Shown: positions 14,141-23,437, counted from the first letter of the stretch. The stretch is DNA of 32,000 bases from Opitutia bacterium KCR 482 (GCA_029269845.2 CP149973.1:1500001-1532000), one strand, 5' to 3'. The notes: generated by a model from the letters alone, not told the origin. Numbers and translations: made by a program.

Positions 14141-14419
14141 ATGGCACGTTCAATTAAAAAAGGACCTTTCGTAGATCCGAGCCTCCAAGACAAAATCGAC
14201 GAAGCGCAGAAAACGAACTCGCACAAGCCGATTCAAACTTGGTCGAGACGTTCGATGATTACTCCCGATTTTATCGGATTGAATTTTAACGTTCACAACG
14301 GCAAAAAGTTTGTGGCGGTCTATGTAACCGAAAACATGGTCGGCCACAAGCTCGGCGAATTCTCGCCGACCCGCACGTTCAAAGGACACAACCCGCACAC
14401 CAAGAAGGCAGCTATGTAA
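14141..14419 (+). CDS. rpsS: 30S ribosomal protein S19
   Basis: [12 protein letters not shown]..., [31 protein letters not shown]. Full length (92 aa). Confidence 0.98.
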   Translation: MARSIKKGPFVDPSLQDKIDEAQKTNSHKPIQTWSRRSMITPDFIGLNFNVHNGKKFVAVYVTENMVGHKLGEFSPTRTFKGHNPHTKKAAM

Positions 14420-14751
14420 TGGTAAACTTCGGCAAAGTTCTGTTTTTGACGGCGGCGGTTGCCGCGGCGGAAATATGCTTTGCCGAATCTCCCGATTGGG
14501 TGCTGAAAGACGGTTCGCTCGGAAGAGCGGGAAGGGTAATTGAGGTGCTCGACGGTTTTGGACTGATAAAAATCGACACTGGCCTGCAAGGCAATCTCCG
14601 AAGGGGAGCGGTTTGCAGGGTGGTCGGAAAAGACGGAAGCGTCCGAAAGGTCGTGGTAGTCGAAGCCGACGGAAGGAAATCGGTGGCGATGGTCATGTCG
14701 GACATCAAGGTCGAAAAGGGAGACGCCGTATACATAACACCGGCAAACTAA
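14419..14751 (+). CDS. Hypothetical small secreted protein (110 aa) inserted between rpsS and rplV
   Basis: Its ATG (14419-14421) overlaps the rpsS TAA (14417-14419) as TAATG. The N-terminus resembles a Sec signal peptide ([22 protein letters not shown]|ESPD). Codon first positions are G-rich. It fills an otherwise gene-free 347-bp gap, and AGGAAG for rplV follows its stop. I recognise no family. Confidence 0.65.
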   Translation: MVNFGKVLFLTAAVAAAEICFAESPDWVLKDGSLGRAGRVIEVLDGFGLIKIDTGLQGNLRRGAVCRVVGKDGSVRKVVVVEADGRKSVAMVMSDIKVEKGDAVYITPAN

Positions 14752-14766
14752 CACAGGAAGACAACA

Positions 14767-15108
14767 ATGGAAGTCAAAGCTTTAACAAAGTTTGCGCGCA
14801 TGTCAGACAAAAAGGTGCGCGAAATATCCCGCGAGATTCAGGGTCTCAATGCCGCAGAAGCGTTGGAAATCTTGAAACTCGTTCCCCGCAAGAGCGCGAA
14901 GCTTGTCGCCAAGACGCTCGCAAGCGCAATCGCAAACGCCGAAAACAACAACGGTCTTTCGGCTGCGAATCTCACAATCAAGAGCGCAATCGTAAACCAG
15001 GGCATAGCGTTCAAACGCTTCCGTCCCGTGGCTCGCGGCAGCGCGCACCCGATTCGCAAGAGAACTTCACATATCTCGATCGTCCTTTCAGACGAGAACA
15101 CTAAATAG
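14767..15108 (+). CDS. rplV: 50S ribosomal protein L22
   Basis: 113 aa, full length; ARMSDKKVREISREIQG, LASAIANAENN, KRTSHISIVLSD. Confidence 0.97.
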   Translation: MEVKALTKFARMSDKKVREISREIQGLNAAEALEILKLVPRKSAKLVAKTLASAIANAENNNGLSAANLTIKSAIVNQGIAFKRFRPVARGSAHPIRKRTSHISIVLSDENTK

Positions 15109-15119
15109 AGGCAGATAAA

Positions 15120-15752
15120 ATGGGTCAGAAAGTAAATCCTAAGGGTTTCCGTCTCGCTGTCCGCCGCGACTGGGAGTCGCGCTGGTTCGCGAATAAGGGC
15201 GATTATGCGGCGGCCGTCAACGAAGACTATCGCATACGCGAATTTCTCCGCGAAAAGCTCAAAGGCGCGTCGGTTCCCCGCATATTCATCGAACGCGCAG
15301 GTCAGCGTATCCGCGTGAAAATCTACACGGCGCGTCCCGGTGTTGTAATCGGACAGAAGGGCGCGTCGCTCGAAGCGTTGAAGGCGGAACTCTCGAAGTT
15401 TCTCGGCAAGGACGTTATCTTGGACATTCAGGAAATCAAAAAGCCCGATTTGGTCGCATACTTGGTGGCGGAAAGCGTCGCGCTCCAGTTGGAACGTCGC
15501 ATTTCGTTCCGCCGCGCAATCAAGAAGGCAATCACAACCTCGATGAGCATGGGTGCCGACGGCATCAAGATTCAGTGCTCCGGACGTCTCGGCGGCGCGG
15601 AAATCGCCCGTACTGAATGGCAGAGAAAGGGTCGCATTCCGCTGCACACGCTGCGCGAAAACATAGACTACGGCTTTACGGAAGCGCACACCGTTTACGG
15701 CAAAATCGGCGTCAAGTGCTGGTTGTGCCTTAAAAACGAGGACAACATCTAA
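15120..15752 (+). CDS. rpsC: 30S ribosomal protein S3
   Basis: MGQKVNPKGFRL..., KH-domain-like RPGVVIGQKGASLEALK. Confidence 0.98.
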   Translation: MGQKVNPKGFRLAVRRDWESRWFANKGDYAAAVNEDYRIREFLREKLKGASVPRIFIERAGQRIRVKIYTARPGVVIGQKGASLEALKAELSKFLGKDVILDIQEIKKPDLVAYLVAESVALQLERRISFRRAIKKAITTSMSMGADGIKIQCSGRLGGAEIARTEWQRKGRIPLHTLRENIDYGFTEAHTVYGKIGVKCWLCLKNEDNI

Positions 15753-15772
15753 TTTGAGGGAGACGCAACAAC

Positions 15773-16201
15773 ATGGCAAACATTCTTCCAGCAAAAACTA
15801 AGTACCGCAAAGTCCAAAAGGGTCGCAACCGCGGCATGGCGAAGGGCGGCGACAGCATCGACTTCGGCGATTACGCAATTCAGGCTCTCGAACGCGGCAA
15901 ATGCTCGGCTTCGCAGCTTGAAGCGGCTCGTGTTGCAATCAACAGGCACTTCAAACGTCGCGGCAAGGTGTGGATGAGAGTATTCCCGCAGAAGAGCGTG
16001 ACGAAGAAGCCCGCCGAAACCCGCATGGGTAAAGGTAAGGGCGGTGTCGAATTCTGGTGCGCAATCATCAAGCCCGGCACGATTCTCTTCGAAGTATCCG
16101 GCGTACCCGCCAGCATGGCCCGCGAAGCGATGAGACTTGCGGACGGAAAGCTTCCGTTCAAATGCAGATTCGTCGTCCGCGAAGGCGTCGAAATTCTATA
16201 A
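15773..16201 (+). CDS. rplP: 50S ribosomal protein L16
   Basis: KYRKVQKGRNRGMAKGG..., ETRMGKGKGGVEFW. Confidence 0.97.
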   Translation: MANILPAKTKYRKVQKGRNRGMAKGGDSIDFGDYAIQALERGKCSASQLEAARVAINRHFKRRGKVWMRVFPQKSVTKKPAETRMGKGKGGVEFWCAIIKPGTILFEVSGVPASMAREAMRLADGKLPFKCRFVVREGVEIL

Positions 16202-16210
16202 TCAGGAGAC

Positions 16211-16405
16211 TTGACAGATATGAAGACAAAGGAAATCAGAGAACTTTCGGCAGAAGAGCTTTCGAAGAAACTCCGCGACATGCGCGAGGAACTCTTGAAT
16301 CTCAACGTTCGCAAGGGAACAGGTCAAGTTGAAAATCCGGCTCGAATCAGAGAGCTGCGCCGCGATATCGCTCGCTGCGAAACAATCAAGACTCAGAAGA
16401 AGTAA
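16211..16405 (+). CDS. rpmC: 50S ribosomal protein L29
   Basis: 64 aa; EIRELSAEELSKKLRDMREELLNLNVRK. Canonical position. Confidence 0.95.
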   Translation: MTDMKTKEIRELSAEELSKKLRDMREELLNLNVRKGTGQVENPARIRELRRDIARCETIKTQKK

Positions 16406-16416
16406 AGGACTGTAAT

Positions 16417-16695
16417 ATGTCGGAAAATACAAGAAAGGCACGCAGAAGTCTTGTGGGCGTAGTAACCTCCCGCTCCGGAGACAAAAGCATAAAGCTCACC
16501 TATTTCTACAAAGTACCGCACTCGCTCTACGGGAAGGAAATCCGCCGCAAGACGGTTATCCACGTCCACGACGAGAAGAACGAATGCGCCCTTGGCGACA
16601 AGGTCGAGGTAACGGAAACGCGTCCCATCAGCAAGCTGAAAAGATTCCGCGTGGTTCGCATAATCGAAAAGGCTCCCGTAGCCTCGGCAGAATAA
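16417..16695 (+). CDS. rpsQ: 30S ribosomal protein S17
   Basis: 92 aa; GVVTSRSGDKSIKL..., GDKVEVTETRPISKLKRFRVV. Confidence 0.96.
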   Translation: MSENTRKARRSLVGVVTSRSGDKSIKLTYFYKVPHSLYGKEIRRKTVIHVHDEKNECALGDKVEVTETRPISKLKRFRVVRIIEKAPVASAE

Positions 16696-16707
16696 GGAGA
16701 CACCACA

Positions 16708-17073
16708 ATGATACAAATGCAGACAAGACTCGTGGTTGCCGACAACACCGGCGCCAAGGAAGTCGCGATGATTCGCCGTCTCGGACAGCACAGCCGCACG
16801 GCGAAAGTCGGCGACATAATCGTAGTCGCGGTAAAGACGTCCACTCCTGACGCCGCAGTCAAGAAGGGCACGGTTGCAAAGGCCGTCGTCGTCAGGACGA
16901 AAGCCCCGATTCGCCGCGCGGACGGTTCGTATCTCCGCTTCGACACAAACGCTTGCGTAATTCTCGACGGCAGCGGCAATCCGAAAGGTACGCGTATCTT
17001 CGGGCCCGTCGCCCGCGAACTCCGCGCAAAGAACTACATGAAAATCATATCCCTCGCACCGGAGGTATTGTAA
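16708..17073 (+). CDS. rplN: 50S ribosomal protein L14
   Basis: [19 protein letters not shown]...; 121 aa. Confidence 0.98.
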   Translation: MIQMQTRLVVADNTGAKEVAMIRRLGQHSRTAKVGDIIVVAVKTSTPDAAVKKGTVAKAVVVRTKAPIRRADGSYLRFDTNACVILDGSGNPKGTRIFGPVARELRAKNYMKIISLAPEVL

Positions 17074-17074
17074 T

Positions 17075-17335
17075 ATGGCAAAAAGTTTTGTAAAGAAGGG
17101 CGACGAAGTAGTAGTAATCGCGGGTTCTTCGAAGGGCAAGCGCGGCAAGATTTTGCTGGTTGACCCGAAGAAGGAGCGCGTAGTAGTCGAAGGCGCGAAT
17201 CTTCGCAAGCACCACGAACGCAGGAGCGAAAAGAATCCGGAAGGCGCAATCGTGGAACGCGAAGCTTCGATTCACATTTCAAACGTAATGCCGGCTGGGC
17301 GTTTTGATGCGAAGAAATCGCAAAAAAAAGCGTAA
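17075..17335 (+). CDS. rplX: 50S ribosomal protein L24
   Basis: KOW motif [22 protein letters not shown]. Starts 1 bp after the rplN stop. Confidence 0.95.
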   Translation: MAKSFVKKGDEVVVIAGSSKGKRGKILLVDPKKERVVVEGANLRKHHERRSEKNPEGAIVEREASIHISNVMPAGRFDAKKSQKKA

Positions 17336-17358
17336 TCAGCGGATAGAATAAAAACAAA

Positions 17359-17934
17359 ATGAGCACACCAGTATTAAAGAAAATATATCAGGAGAAGGTC
17401 GTGCCCGAGCTTAAAAAATCGCTCGGCATAGACAATCCGCACGTCGTGCCCACGTTGGAGAAAATCGTAATCAATTCGGCAATCCGAAGCGACGCCTCCA
17501 AGGAATGGGTGCCGGAAGTGGTCAAGGAAATCGCGAAGATAGCGGGACAGCAGCCTGTCGTCGTAAAGGCGGGCAAGAGCATCGCGAACTTCAAGCTGCG
17601 CGCGGGACAGCCCAACGGCGTCAAGGTAACCTTGCGCGGCGCGGCTATGTGGGACTTCCTCTATAAATTCATAGCGGTAGTATTGCCGTCCATTCGCGAC
17701 TTCCGCGGAGTGGGCAACCGTTTCGACGGCGCGGGCAATTACAGCTACGGCGTTGCCGACCACACAATTTTCCCCGAAGTCACGGTAGACCCCGGTCGCA
17801 AGAACATCGGTATGGACATCACAATCGTCACGACGGCGAAGGACGACAAGTCCGGCAGAGAGCTTTTGAAGCTTTTGGGCATGCCCTTCCGCAAGAACGC
17901 AGCCGAACAGGCAGCGGCCGCCGCAAACAAATAA
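17359..17934 (+). CDS. rplE: 50S ribosomal protein L5
   Basis: 191 aa; NPHVVPTLEKIVIN..., GNYSYGVADHTIFPE. Confidence 0.97.
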   Translation: MSTPVLKKIYQEKVVPELKKSLGIDNPHVVPTLEKIVINSAIRSDASKEWVPEVVKEIAKIAGQQPVVVKAGKSIANFKLRAGQPNGVKVTLRGAAMWDFLYKFIAVVLPSIRDFRGVGNRFDGAGNYSYGVADHTIFPEVTVDPGRKNIGMDITIVTTAKDDKSGRELLKLLGMPFRKNAAEQAAAAANK

Positions 17935-17952
17935 CAAGTAAACGGCAAAGAC

Positions 17953-18258
17953 ATGGCTAAGAAATCCTCCATAGAGCGCAATTTGAAGCGTATGAGATTG
18001 ACGGCGAAATACGCCGCCAAGAAAGCGGAACTGAAAAAAATCATCAAGGACCCGAAAACGTCCGACGAAGACTTCTTCGCGGCGCAGCGCAAGCTCTGCA
18101 AGCTTCCGCGCAACGCTTCGAAAATCCGCATCCGCAACCGTTGTTCCATCACGGGACGTCCGCGCGGTGTAATCCGCAAGTTCGGCGTGTCGCGCATAAC
18201 TTTCCGCGAGCTTGCTCTCGACGGCAAATTGCCCGGCGTCACAAAATCATCGTGGTAA
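17953..18258 (+). CDS. rpsN: 30S ribosomal protein S14 (long, non-zinc type)
   Basis: 101 aa; [13 protein letters not shown]..., [28 protein letters not shown]...W. Confidence 0.96.
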   Translation: MAKKSSIERNLKRMRLTAKYAAKKAELKKIIKDPKTSDEDFFAAQRKLCKLPRNASKIRIRNRCSITGRPRGVIRKFGVSRITFRELALDGKLPGVTKSSW

Positions 18259-18276
18259 TGCGAAAGGAAAAATAAT

Positions 18277-18672
18277 ATGGCAACTCACGACAGCATTGGC
18301 GACTTTCTGACAATCGTCCGCAACGCGAGCAAGGCAGGCAAGGACGTCTGCACAGCGCAGTGGTCGAAAATCCGCGAAGGCATCGCGTCGATTCTCAAAG
18401 ACGAAGGCTACATTGCCTCTTTTGAAGTATCGGGCGAGAAGGCGCAGAAAATCATTACAATCAACATGAAGTATATGAACGGCGTATCGGCGTTGACGGG
18501 CATCACCCGCGTCAGCACCCCCGGTTGCCGCACATACTACGAATACCGCAACATTCCCCGCGTTCTCAACGGCATGGGCATTTCGATTCTTACGACCTCG
18601 AAGGGCGTATTGAAAGATTCCGACTGCCGCGCGAAGAAGGTCGGCGGCGAAATCCTCTGCAAAGTTTGGTAA
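18277..18672 (+). CDS. rpsH: 30S ribosomal protein S8
   Basis: DSIGDFLTIVRNA..., ILTTSKGVLKD. Confidence 0.97.
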   Translation: MATHDSIGDFLTIVRNASKAGKDVCTAQWSKIREGIASILKDEGYIASFEVSGEKAQKIITINMKYMNGVSALTGITRVSTPGCRTYYEYRNIPRVLNGMGISILTTSKGVLKDSDCRAKKVGGEILCKVW

Positions 18673-18681
18673 GGAAGACAT

Positions 18682-19230
18682 ATGAGCAGAATTGGTAAAC
18701 TTCCCGTTAAAGTTCCCGCGGGCGTGAAAGCGTCCGTAAAGGACAACACAGTTTCGGTCGAAGGCGCGAAGGGCAAACTCAGCCAGAACTTCGGCACGGC
18801 TATCGACATCAAGCTTGAAGGCGACGAAATCCACGTTAATCCCGCTTCGGCGTCGCGCCACTCGAACGCGATGCACGGCACTGCGCGCAGTATTATTGCG
18901 GGCATGGTCAAGGGCGTTGTAGAGGGCTACCAGAAGGTTCTCGAAATCAAGGGCGTTGGTTTCAAGGCGGAATTGAAGGGCAAGACGCTTACGCTTTCCC
19001 TCGGTTATGCGCACCCCTGCATTTACGAAGTTCCCGAAGGCATCACGGTGGTCATCGGCGAAACTCCCGACAGAAACCCCCTCGTGACGGTTTCTGGCGC
19101 GAGCAAGCACATGGTCGGCCAGGTTGCGAGCGACCTCAAACACTTCTATCCCGTCGAACCCTACAAGGGCAAGGGTGTCAGAATTCACGGAGAATTCGTC
19201 CGTCGCAAGGAAGGCAAGAAGACTGCGTAA
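18682..19230 (+). CDS. rplF: 50S ribosomal protein L6
   Basis: MSRIGKLPVKVPAGV..., EIKGVGFKAELKG, EPYKGKGVR. Confidence 0.97.
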   Translation: MSRIGKLPVKVPAGVKASVKDNTVSVEGAKGKLSQNFGTAIDIKLEGDEIHVNPASASRHSNAMHGTARSIIAGMVKGVVEGYQKVLEIKGVGFKAELKGKTLTLSLGYAHPCIYEVPEGITVVIGETPDRNPLVTVSGASKHMVGQVASDLKHFYPVEPYKGKGVRIHGEFVRRKEGKKTA

Positions 19231-19256
19231 TCTCGCGGCACTGAAAGGATACGAAA

Positions 19257-19619
19257 ATGAAATTGGAAACAAAGAAAATTTTGGAACAGAAACGCCGCTG
19301 GCGCGTTCGCCGCAAGGTGAAGGGCACGGCGGAACGTCCGAGACTGGCTGTATGCTTCTCGAACAAGCACGTCTATGCGCAGTGCATAGACGACAAGGCG
19401 GGCAAGACCCTCGCGGCTCTCTGCACAACGGGCAAGGAGCTGAAAGGCGAGAAGGTTCTCCCGAATGTTGCGGGCGCAAAGCTCGTCGGCGAAAAATTCG
19501 GCGCGAAGCTCAAGGCTATTGGCGTCGAGGCGGTCGTTTTCGACAGGGGCTCGCGCCGCTACCACGGCTGCGTCAAGACATTCGCCGATGCGGTTCGTTC
19601 GGCAGGCATTAACTTCTAA
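19257..19619 (+). CDS. rplR: 50S ribosomal protein L18
   Basis: 120 aa; [20 protein letters not shown]..., [28 protein letters not shown]. Confidence 0.96.
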   Translation: MKLETKKILEQKRRWRVRRKVKGTAERPRLAVCFSNKHVYAQCIDDKAGKTLAALCTTGKELKGEKVLPNVAGAKLVGEKFGAKLKAIGVEAVVFDRGSRRYHGCVKTFADAVRSAGINF

Positions 19620-19630
19620 TCTACGCAAAA

Positions 19631-20134
19631 ATGAGCAGAGAATTTAAAAACAGAAAAGTCGAAGCCGAAAAAGACGCAGGCCCCGAACTTATCGAAAAGG
19701 TTGTCCACATCAATCGTTGCGCGAAGGTCGTAAAGGGCGGACGTCGTTTCACATTCTCGGCGTTGGTCGTTATCGGCGACGGTAAGGGCAATGTCGGCTT
19801 GGGATACGGCAAGGCAAAGGAAGTTCCGGACGCAATCAAGAAGGCGTCGGAACGCGCCCGCAAGGTGATGAAGCCCGTAAGCCTCAAAGACAACACCATT
19901 CCCCACGACGTGCGCGGCGAGTTCGACGGCGGCATTGTGCTGCTCCGTCCGGCTTCCCCCGGTACGGGCGTTATCGCGGGCGGCGGAGTACGCGCCGTTC
20001 TCGAAGCGGTCGGCATCAAGGACGTTCTGAGCAAATCGCTCGGTTCGAACAACGACATGGCAATGGTCAACGCAACTCTCAACGCGCTTTCGCAGCTCCG
20101 CACGGCGGAGGCAATCCGCGCGCAGAGAAGCTAA
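19631..20134 (+). CDS. rpsE: 30S ribosomal protein S5
   Basis: [46 protein letters not shown]. Confidence 0.97.
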   Translation: MSREFKNRKVEAEKDAGPELIEKVVHINRCAKVVKGGRRFTFSALVVIGDGKGNVGLGYGKAKEVPDAIKKASERARKVMKPVSLKDNTIPHDVRGEFDGGIVLLRPASPGTGVIAGGGVRAVLEAVGIKDVLSKSLGSNNDMAMVNATLNALSQLRTAEAIRAQRS

Positions 20135-20152
20135 AAAAGGAGTTTTAAGAAA

Positions 20153-20614
20153 ATGAAATTGCACGCTCTCTCCAATCCACAGGGTGCCAAACACGCAAGC
20201 AAACGCCGCGGTTGCGGCGTCGGCAGCGGACACGGCAAGACGTCGGGCCGCGGCCACAAGGGCGCGAAGGCCCGCAGCGGCGGACACGTCCGTCCCGGTT
20301 TCGAAGGCGGTCAAATGCCTTTGTACCGCAAGCTTCCGCACCGCGGCTTCAACAACTTCAAGTTCAGGGTTGAGTACGCCACGGTCAACGTCGGCGACCT
20401 CGAAGAACTCGGACTCGAAGAAATCACGCGCGACGACTTGGTCGTGGCGGGTTTGGTTCGCGCCAGCGCGCCTCTGGTCAAGATTCTCGGAAACGGCGAA
20501 TTGACGAAGAAGGTTGTCGTAAAAGCCGACAAGTTCTCGGAAACTGCCGTAAAGAAAATCGAAGCCGCAGGCGGCAAGGCCGTCGTAAACGCTCCCGCAG
20601 AGGAAGCCAAGTAG
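20153..20614 (+). CDS. rplO: 50S ribosomal protein L15
   Basis: GSGHGKTSGRGHKGAKARSGG.... It follows rpsE directly, so no rpmD lies between them. Confidence 0.96.
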   Translation: MKLHALSNPQGAKHASKRRGCGVGSGHGKTSGRGHKGAKARSGGHVRPGFEGGQMPLYRKLPHRGFNNFKFRVEYATVNVGDLEELGLEEITRDDLVVAGLVRASAPLVKILGNGELTKKVVVKADKFSETAVKKIEAAGGKAVVNAPAEEAK

Positions 20615-20637
20615 GAAATATTATAGACAGGTAGGAA

Positions 20638-22092
20638 ATGTTTGCCGCTTTCACAAACTGCTTTAAAATCCCCGAATTGCGCCAGAGAATTTTTCTGACG
20701 CTGGGGCTTATTTTTATTGCGCGCGTCGGCGCGGGTATCCCGTTGCCGGGCGTAGACCCGTCGCCGTTGCAGAATTTCTACGCATCGGCGTCGAGTGATG
20801 GCGGCGGCCTTGCCGGTCTCTATAATATGTTCACCGGCGGCGCGATGGTAAACGGCGCGATTTTCGCGCTGGGCATTATGCCCTACATCAGCGCCTCGAT
20901 TATCCTTCAACTAATGGGCGCAGTCATGCCGAGCTTGGCGCGCCTCATGCAGGAAGGCGATACGGGCAGGCAGAAAATCGCCCAGTATACGCGTTACCTG
21001 ACGCTTCTCATCGGCGCAATTCAAGGCTCGATGATAACCTACGCGCTCGTTTACAGCCCCGGAACGTTCTTTTCGGGCTTCGACACGGCGCAGTGGGGCT
21101 CGATTATCGTGGCGGGAAATATCCCGATTTTCTTCGTCGTCAGCGTAGTTTTGATGACGGCGGGCTGCATGGTTCTCACTTGGCTCGGCGAACAAATTAC
21201 ACAAAGGGGCGTCGGAAACGGCGTTTCGATAATCATCACAGTCGGCATTATCGACACACTTCCCGGGGCTTGCACGCAGGCGTACCACATGGTGTTCGAT
21301 AGGGCGGTCGGCGCGGAAAGCGCAAGCATGGGCATTCCGCAGGCTGTTTTGATGCTCGCGTTCCTCCTCGCGGTAACGGCGGCAATCATCATGATTTTGC
21401 AGGCTGTCCGCAAGATTCCCGTCCAGTACGCAAAGCGCGTCGTCGGCAGAAAACTCATGGGCGGACAAAGCTCCTACCTGCCGCTGAAAGTCAACTACGC
21501 GGGCGTTATGCCTATTATCTTTGCGAGCGCGTTGCTGCTGTTCCCGCAACAGATTTTCGGACAGTTCAACCTTTCCACATACAATTTGATATACGGTTCG
21601 CTCGTATTCGCATTCAGCTATTTCTGGGTGTCGATTATGTTCAAGCCGCTCCAAATCTCCGACGAACTGAAACGCAACAGCGGGTATATCCCCGGCGTTC
21701 GCCCCGGAGAACCCACGGCAAAATTCCTCGACTTCGTAATGACCCGCCTGACATTTGCGGGCGCGGTGTTCCTCGTGATTATCGCGATTTTGCCCCACGT
21801 TTTGATGACCTACTGGGGAATACCCCAGAAAATAGCCTACTTCTTCGGAGGCACGGGCGCGCTCATCGCAGTCGGCGTTTCGCTCGACACGATGCGTCAA
21901 ATCGAAACATACCTGCTGCAACGCCACTACGACGGCTTCCTGAAAAAGGGTCGCATTCGCGGGCGCAGCGTCGGCCAGACGCGGCAGATGCTCGATACGA
22001 GCGAAATCAAAAATCTTTGGGCACTCTGGACGCCCCTGTTGACGATTTTCTTCGTCGGCTTGGCGGCTTGGGCTGTCCGCAACTGCCTCTGA
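20638..22092 (+). CDS. secY: Preprotein translocase subunit SecY, with a roughly 41-aa C-terminal extension
   Basis: 484 aa and polytopic; ELRQRIFLTLGLIFIARVGAGIPLPGVD, ALGIMPYISASIILQL. The canonical end motif HYDGFLKKGRIRGR is followed by additional sequence. Confidence 0.97.
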   Translation: MFAAFTNCFKIPELRQRIFLTLGLIFIARVGAGIPLPGVDPSPLQNFYASASSDGGGLAGLYNMFTGGAMVNGAIFALGIMPYISASIILQLMGAVMPSLARLMQEGDTGRQKIAQYTRYLTLLIGAIQGSMITYALVYSPGTFFSGFDTAQWGSIIVAGNIPIFFVVSVVLMTAGCMVLTWLGEQITQRGVGNGVSIIITVGIIDTLPGACTQAYHMVFDRAVGAESASMGIPQAVLMLAFLLAVTAAIIMILQAVRKIPVQYAKRVVGRKLMGGQSSYLPLKVNYAGVMPIIFASALLLFPQQIFGQFNLSTYNLIYGSLVFAFSYFWVSIMFKPLQISDELKRNSGYIPGVRPGEPTAKFLDFVMTRLTFAGAVFLVIIAILPHVLMTYWGIPQKIAYFFGGTGALIAVGVSLDTMRQIETYLLQRHYDGFLKKGRIRGRSVGQTRQMLDTSEIKNLWALWTPLLTIFFVGLAAWAVRNCL

Positions 22093-22169
22093 TTCGGCAT
22101 TGCGAATCGGAACGATAGTTGCGCATTGTTCTTTTAATGATACCAACAATTAGATAGACGGCGTGTCGT

Positions 22170-22937
22170 ATGATACCTATTAAATCCGAAAGAGATTTGA
22201 AAATCATGCGCAAGGCCTGCTCGGTTGCGGCTACCGTGCTGGACAAGCTTTGCAAAATAGCACGGGAGGGCGTATCAACCCGCGAGATTGATATTGCCGG
22301 CAAAAAAATCATGGCGGAACTTTCCTGCCGAAGCGCGTGTTATCACTACAAAGCGGGCGGCTTGAAATATCCGGGTTATCTGTGCATATCGGTGAACGAC
22401 GAAGTCATTCACGGCATAGGCTCGGACAGGGTTTTGAAGTCGGGCGATATTGTCAGCATGGACGTAAGCGTGGTCTATCAGGGGTTTGTCGGAGACAACA
22501 CCAGAACCGTCCTCATCGGAGATGTCGCGCCGGAAACGCGCAGACTTGTCGAGGCGACGGACACCGCACTGCACAAGGGCATAGAGGCCGCGAAGGCCGG
22601 CAACAGAGTCGGCGACATTTCGGCGGCGATTCAGGCCTATGTGGAATCGTGCGGCTACGGGATTGTCGAAGAATTCACAGGGCACGGCGTCGGGCGGCAC
22701 ATGCACGAAGAGCCGCAGATTCCCAACTACGGAGAGGCGGGCACAGGCCCTGTGCTCCGCGCGGGAATGACGTTGGCGATTGAGCCGATGATTACCATGG
22801 GAAGCCCCGAAATATACGTTGGCGATGACGGCTGGACGGTTTATACGTCCGACGGCAAGCCGAGCTGCCATATCGAACATACGGTGCTCGTGACGGACGC
22901 AGGCGCGGAAATCCTCACAATTCCAATGCAGGATTAG
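22170..22937 (+). CDS. map: Type I methionine aminopeptidase
   Basis: 255 aa. Metal-ligand context VIHGIG, DVSVVYQGFVGDNTRT, FTGHGVGRHMHEEP, LAIEPM and HIEHTVLVT. Confidence 0.96.
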   Translation: MIPIKSERDLKIMRKACSVAATVLDKLCKIAREGVSTREIDIAGKKIMAELSCRSACYHYKAGGLKYPGYLCISVNDEVIHGIGSDRVLKSGDIVSMDVSVVYQGFVGDNTRTVLIGDVAPETRRLVEATDTALHKGIEAAKAGNRVGDISAAIQAYVESCGYGIVEEFTGHGVGRHMHEEPQIPNYGEAGTGPVLRAGMTLAIEPMITMGSPEIYVGDDGWTVYTSDGKPSCHIEHTVLVTDAGAEILTIPMQD

Positions 22938-22973
22938 TTTGAGGGGCGAAGTTTTCGTGTTTGTCGCAAATAA

Positions 22974-23017
22974 TTAAAAAAAAGACTTTTCAAATCGAAA
23001 AAAACAGTCAAGATAAA
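22974..23017 (+). promoter_or_regulatory. Putative alpha-operon promoter
   Basis: TTCAAA (22989-22994), a 17-bp spacer, then GATAAA (23012-23017). Preceded by the A-tract TTAAAAAAAAG at 22974-22984. About 27 bp upstream of the rpsM ATG. Confidence 0.35.
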
Positions 23018-23043
23018 CCATCTTTTTTAACAACGGAAAAAAT

Positions 23044-23418
23044 ATGCCAAGACTATTAGGAGTAGATATTCCCAATAACAAGCGCGTCGAATTCGCGCTT
23101 CAATACATCTATGGTATCGGTCCCGCCCGCGCGAAAATCATCTGCGGAGAATGCGGAATCCCCGAATCCATGCGCGCAAGCGAACTCAACGAAGAATTGA
23201 TTAACAAAATCATGAACGTCGTTGCGGAACGCCAGTACAAGCTTGAGGGCGACCTCCGCCGCGAAATCATCGGCAATTTGAAACGCCTCTCGGCAATCAA
23301 ATCGTACCGCGGCCTCCGCCACGCAAAGGGTCTTCCCGTACGCGGCCAGCGCACGAGCACAAACGCGCGTACCCGCAAGGGCGCACGCAAGACGGTCGGC
23401 GTTGTCACCAAGAAATAA
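23044..23418 (+). CDS. rpsM: 30S ribosomal protein S13
   Basis: MPRLLGVDIPNNKRVEFALQYIYGIG..., YRGLRHAKGLPVRGQRT. Confidence 0.97.
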   Translation: MPRLLGVDIPNNKRVEFALQYIYGIGPARAKIICGECGIPESMRASELNEELINKIMNVVAERQYKLEGDLRREIIGNLKRLSAIKSYRGLRHAKGLPVRGQRTSTNARTRKGARKTVGVVTKK

Positions 23419-23437
23419 CAATTCGAATTAATTTTTC

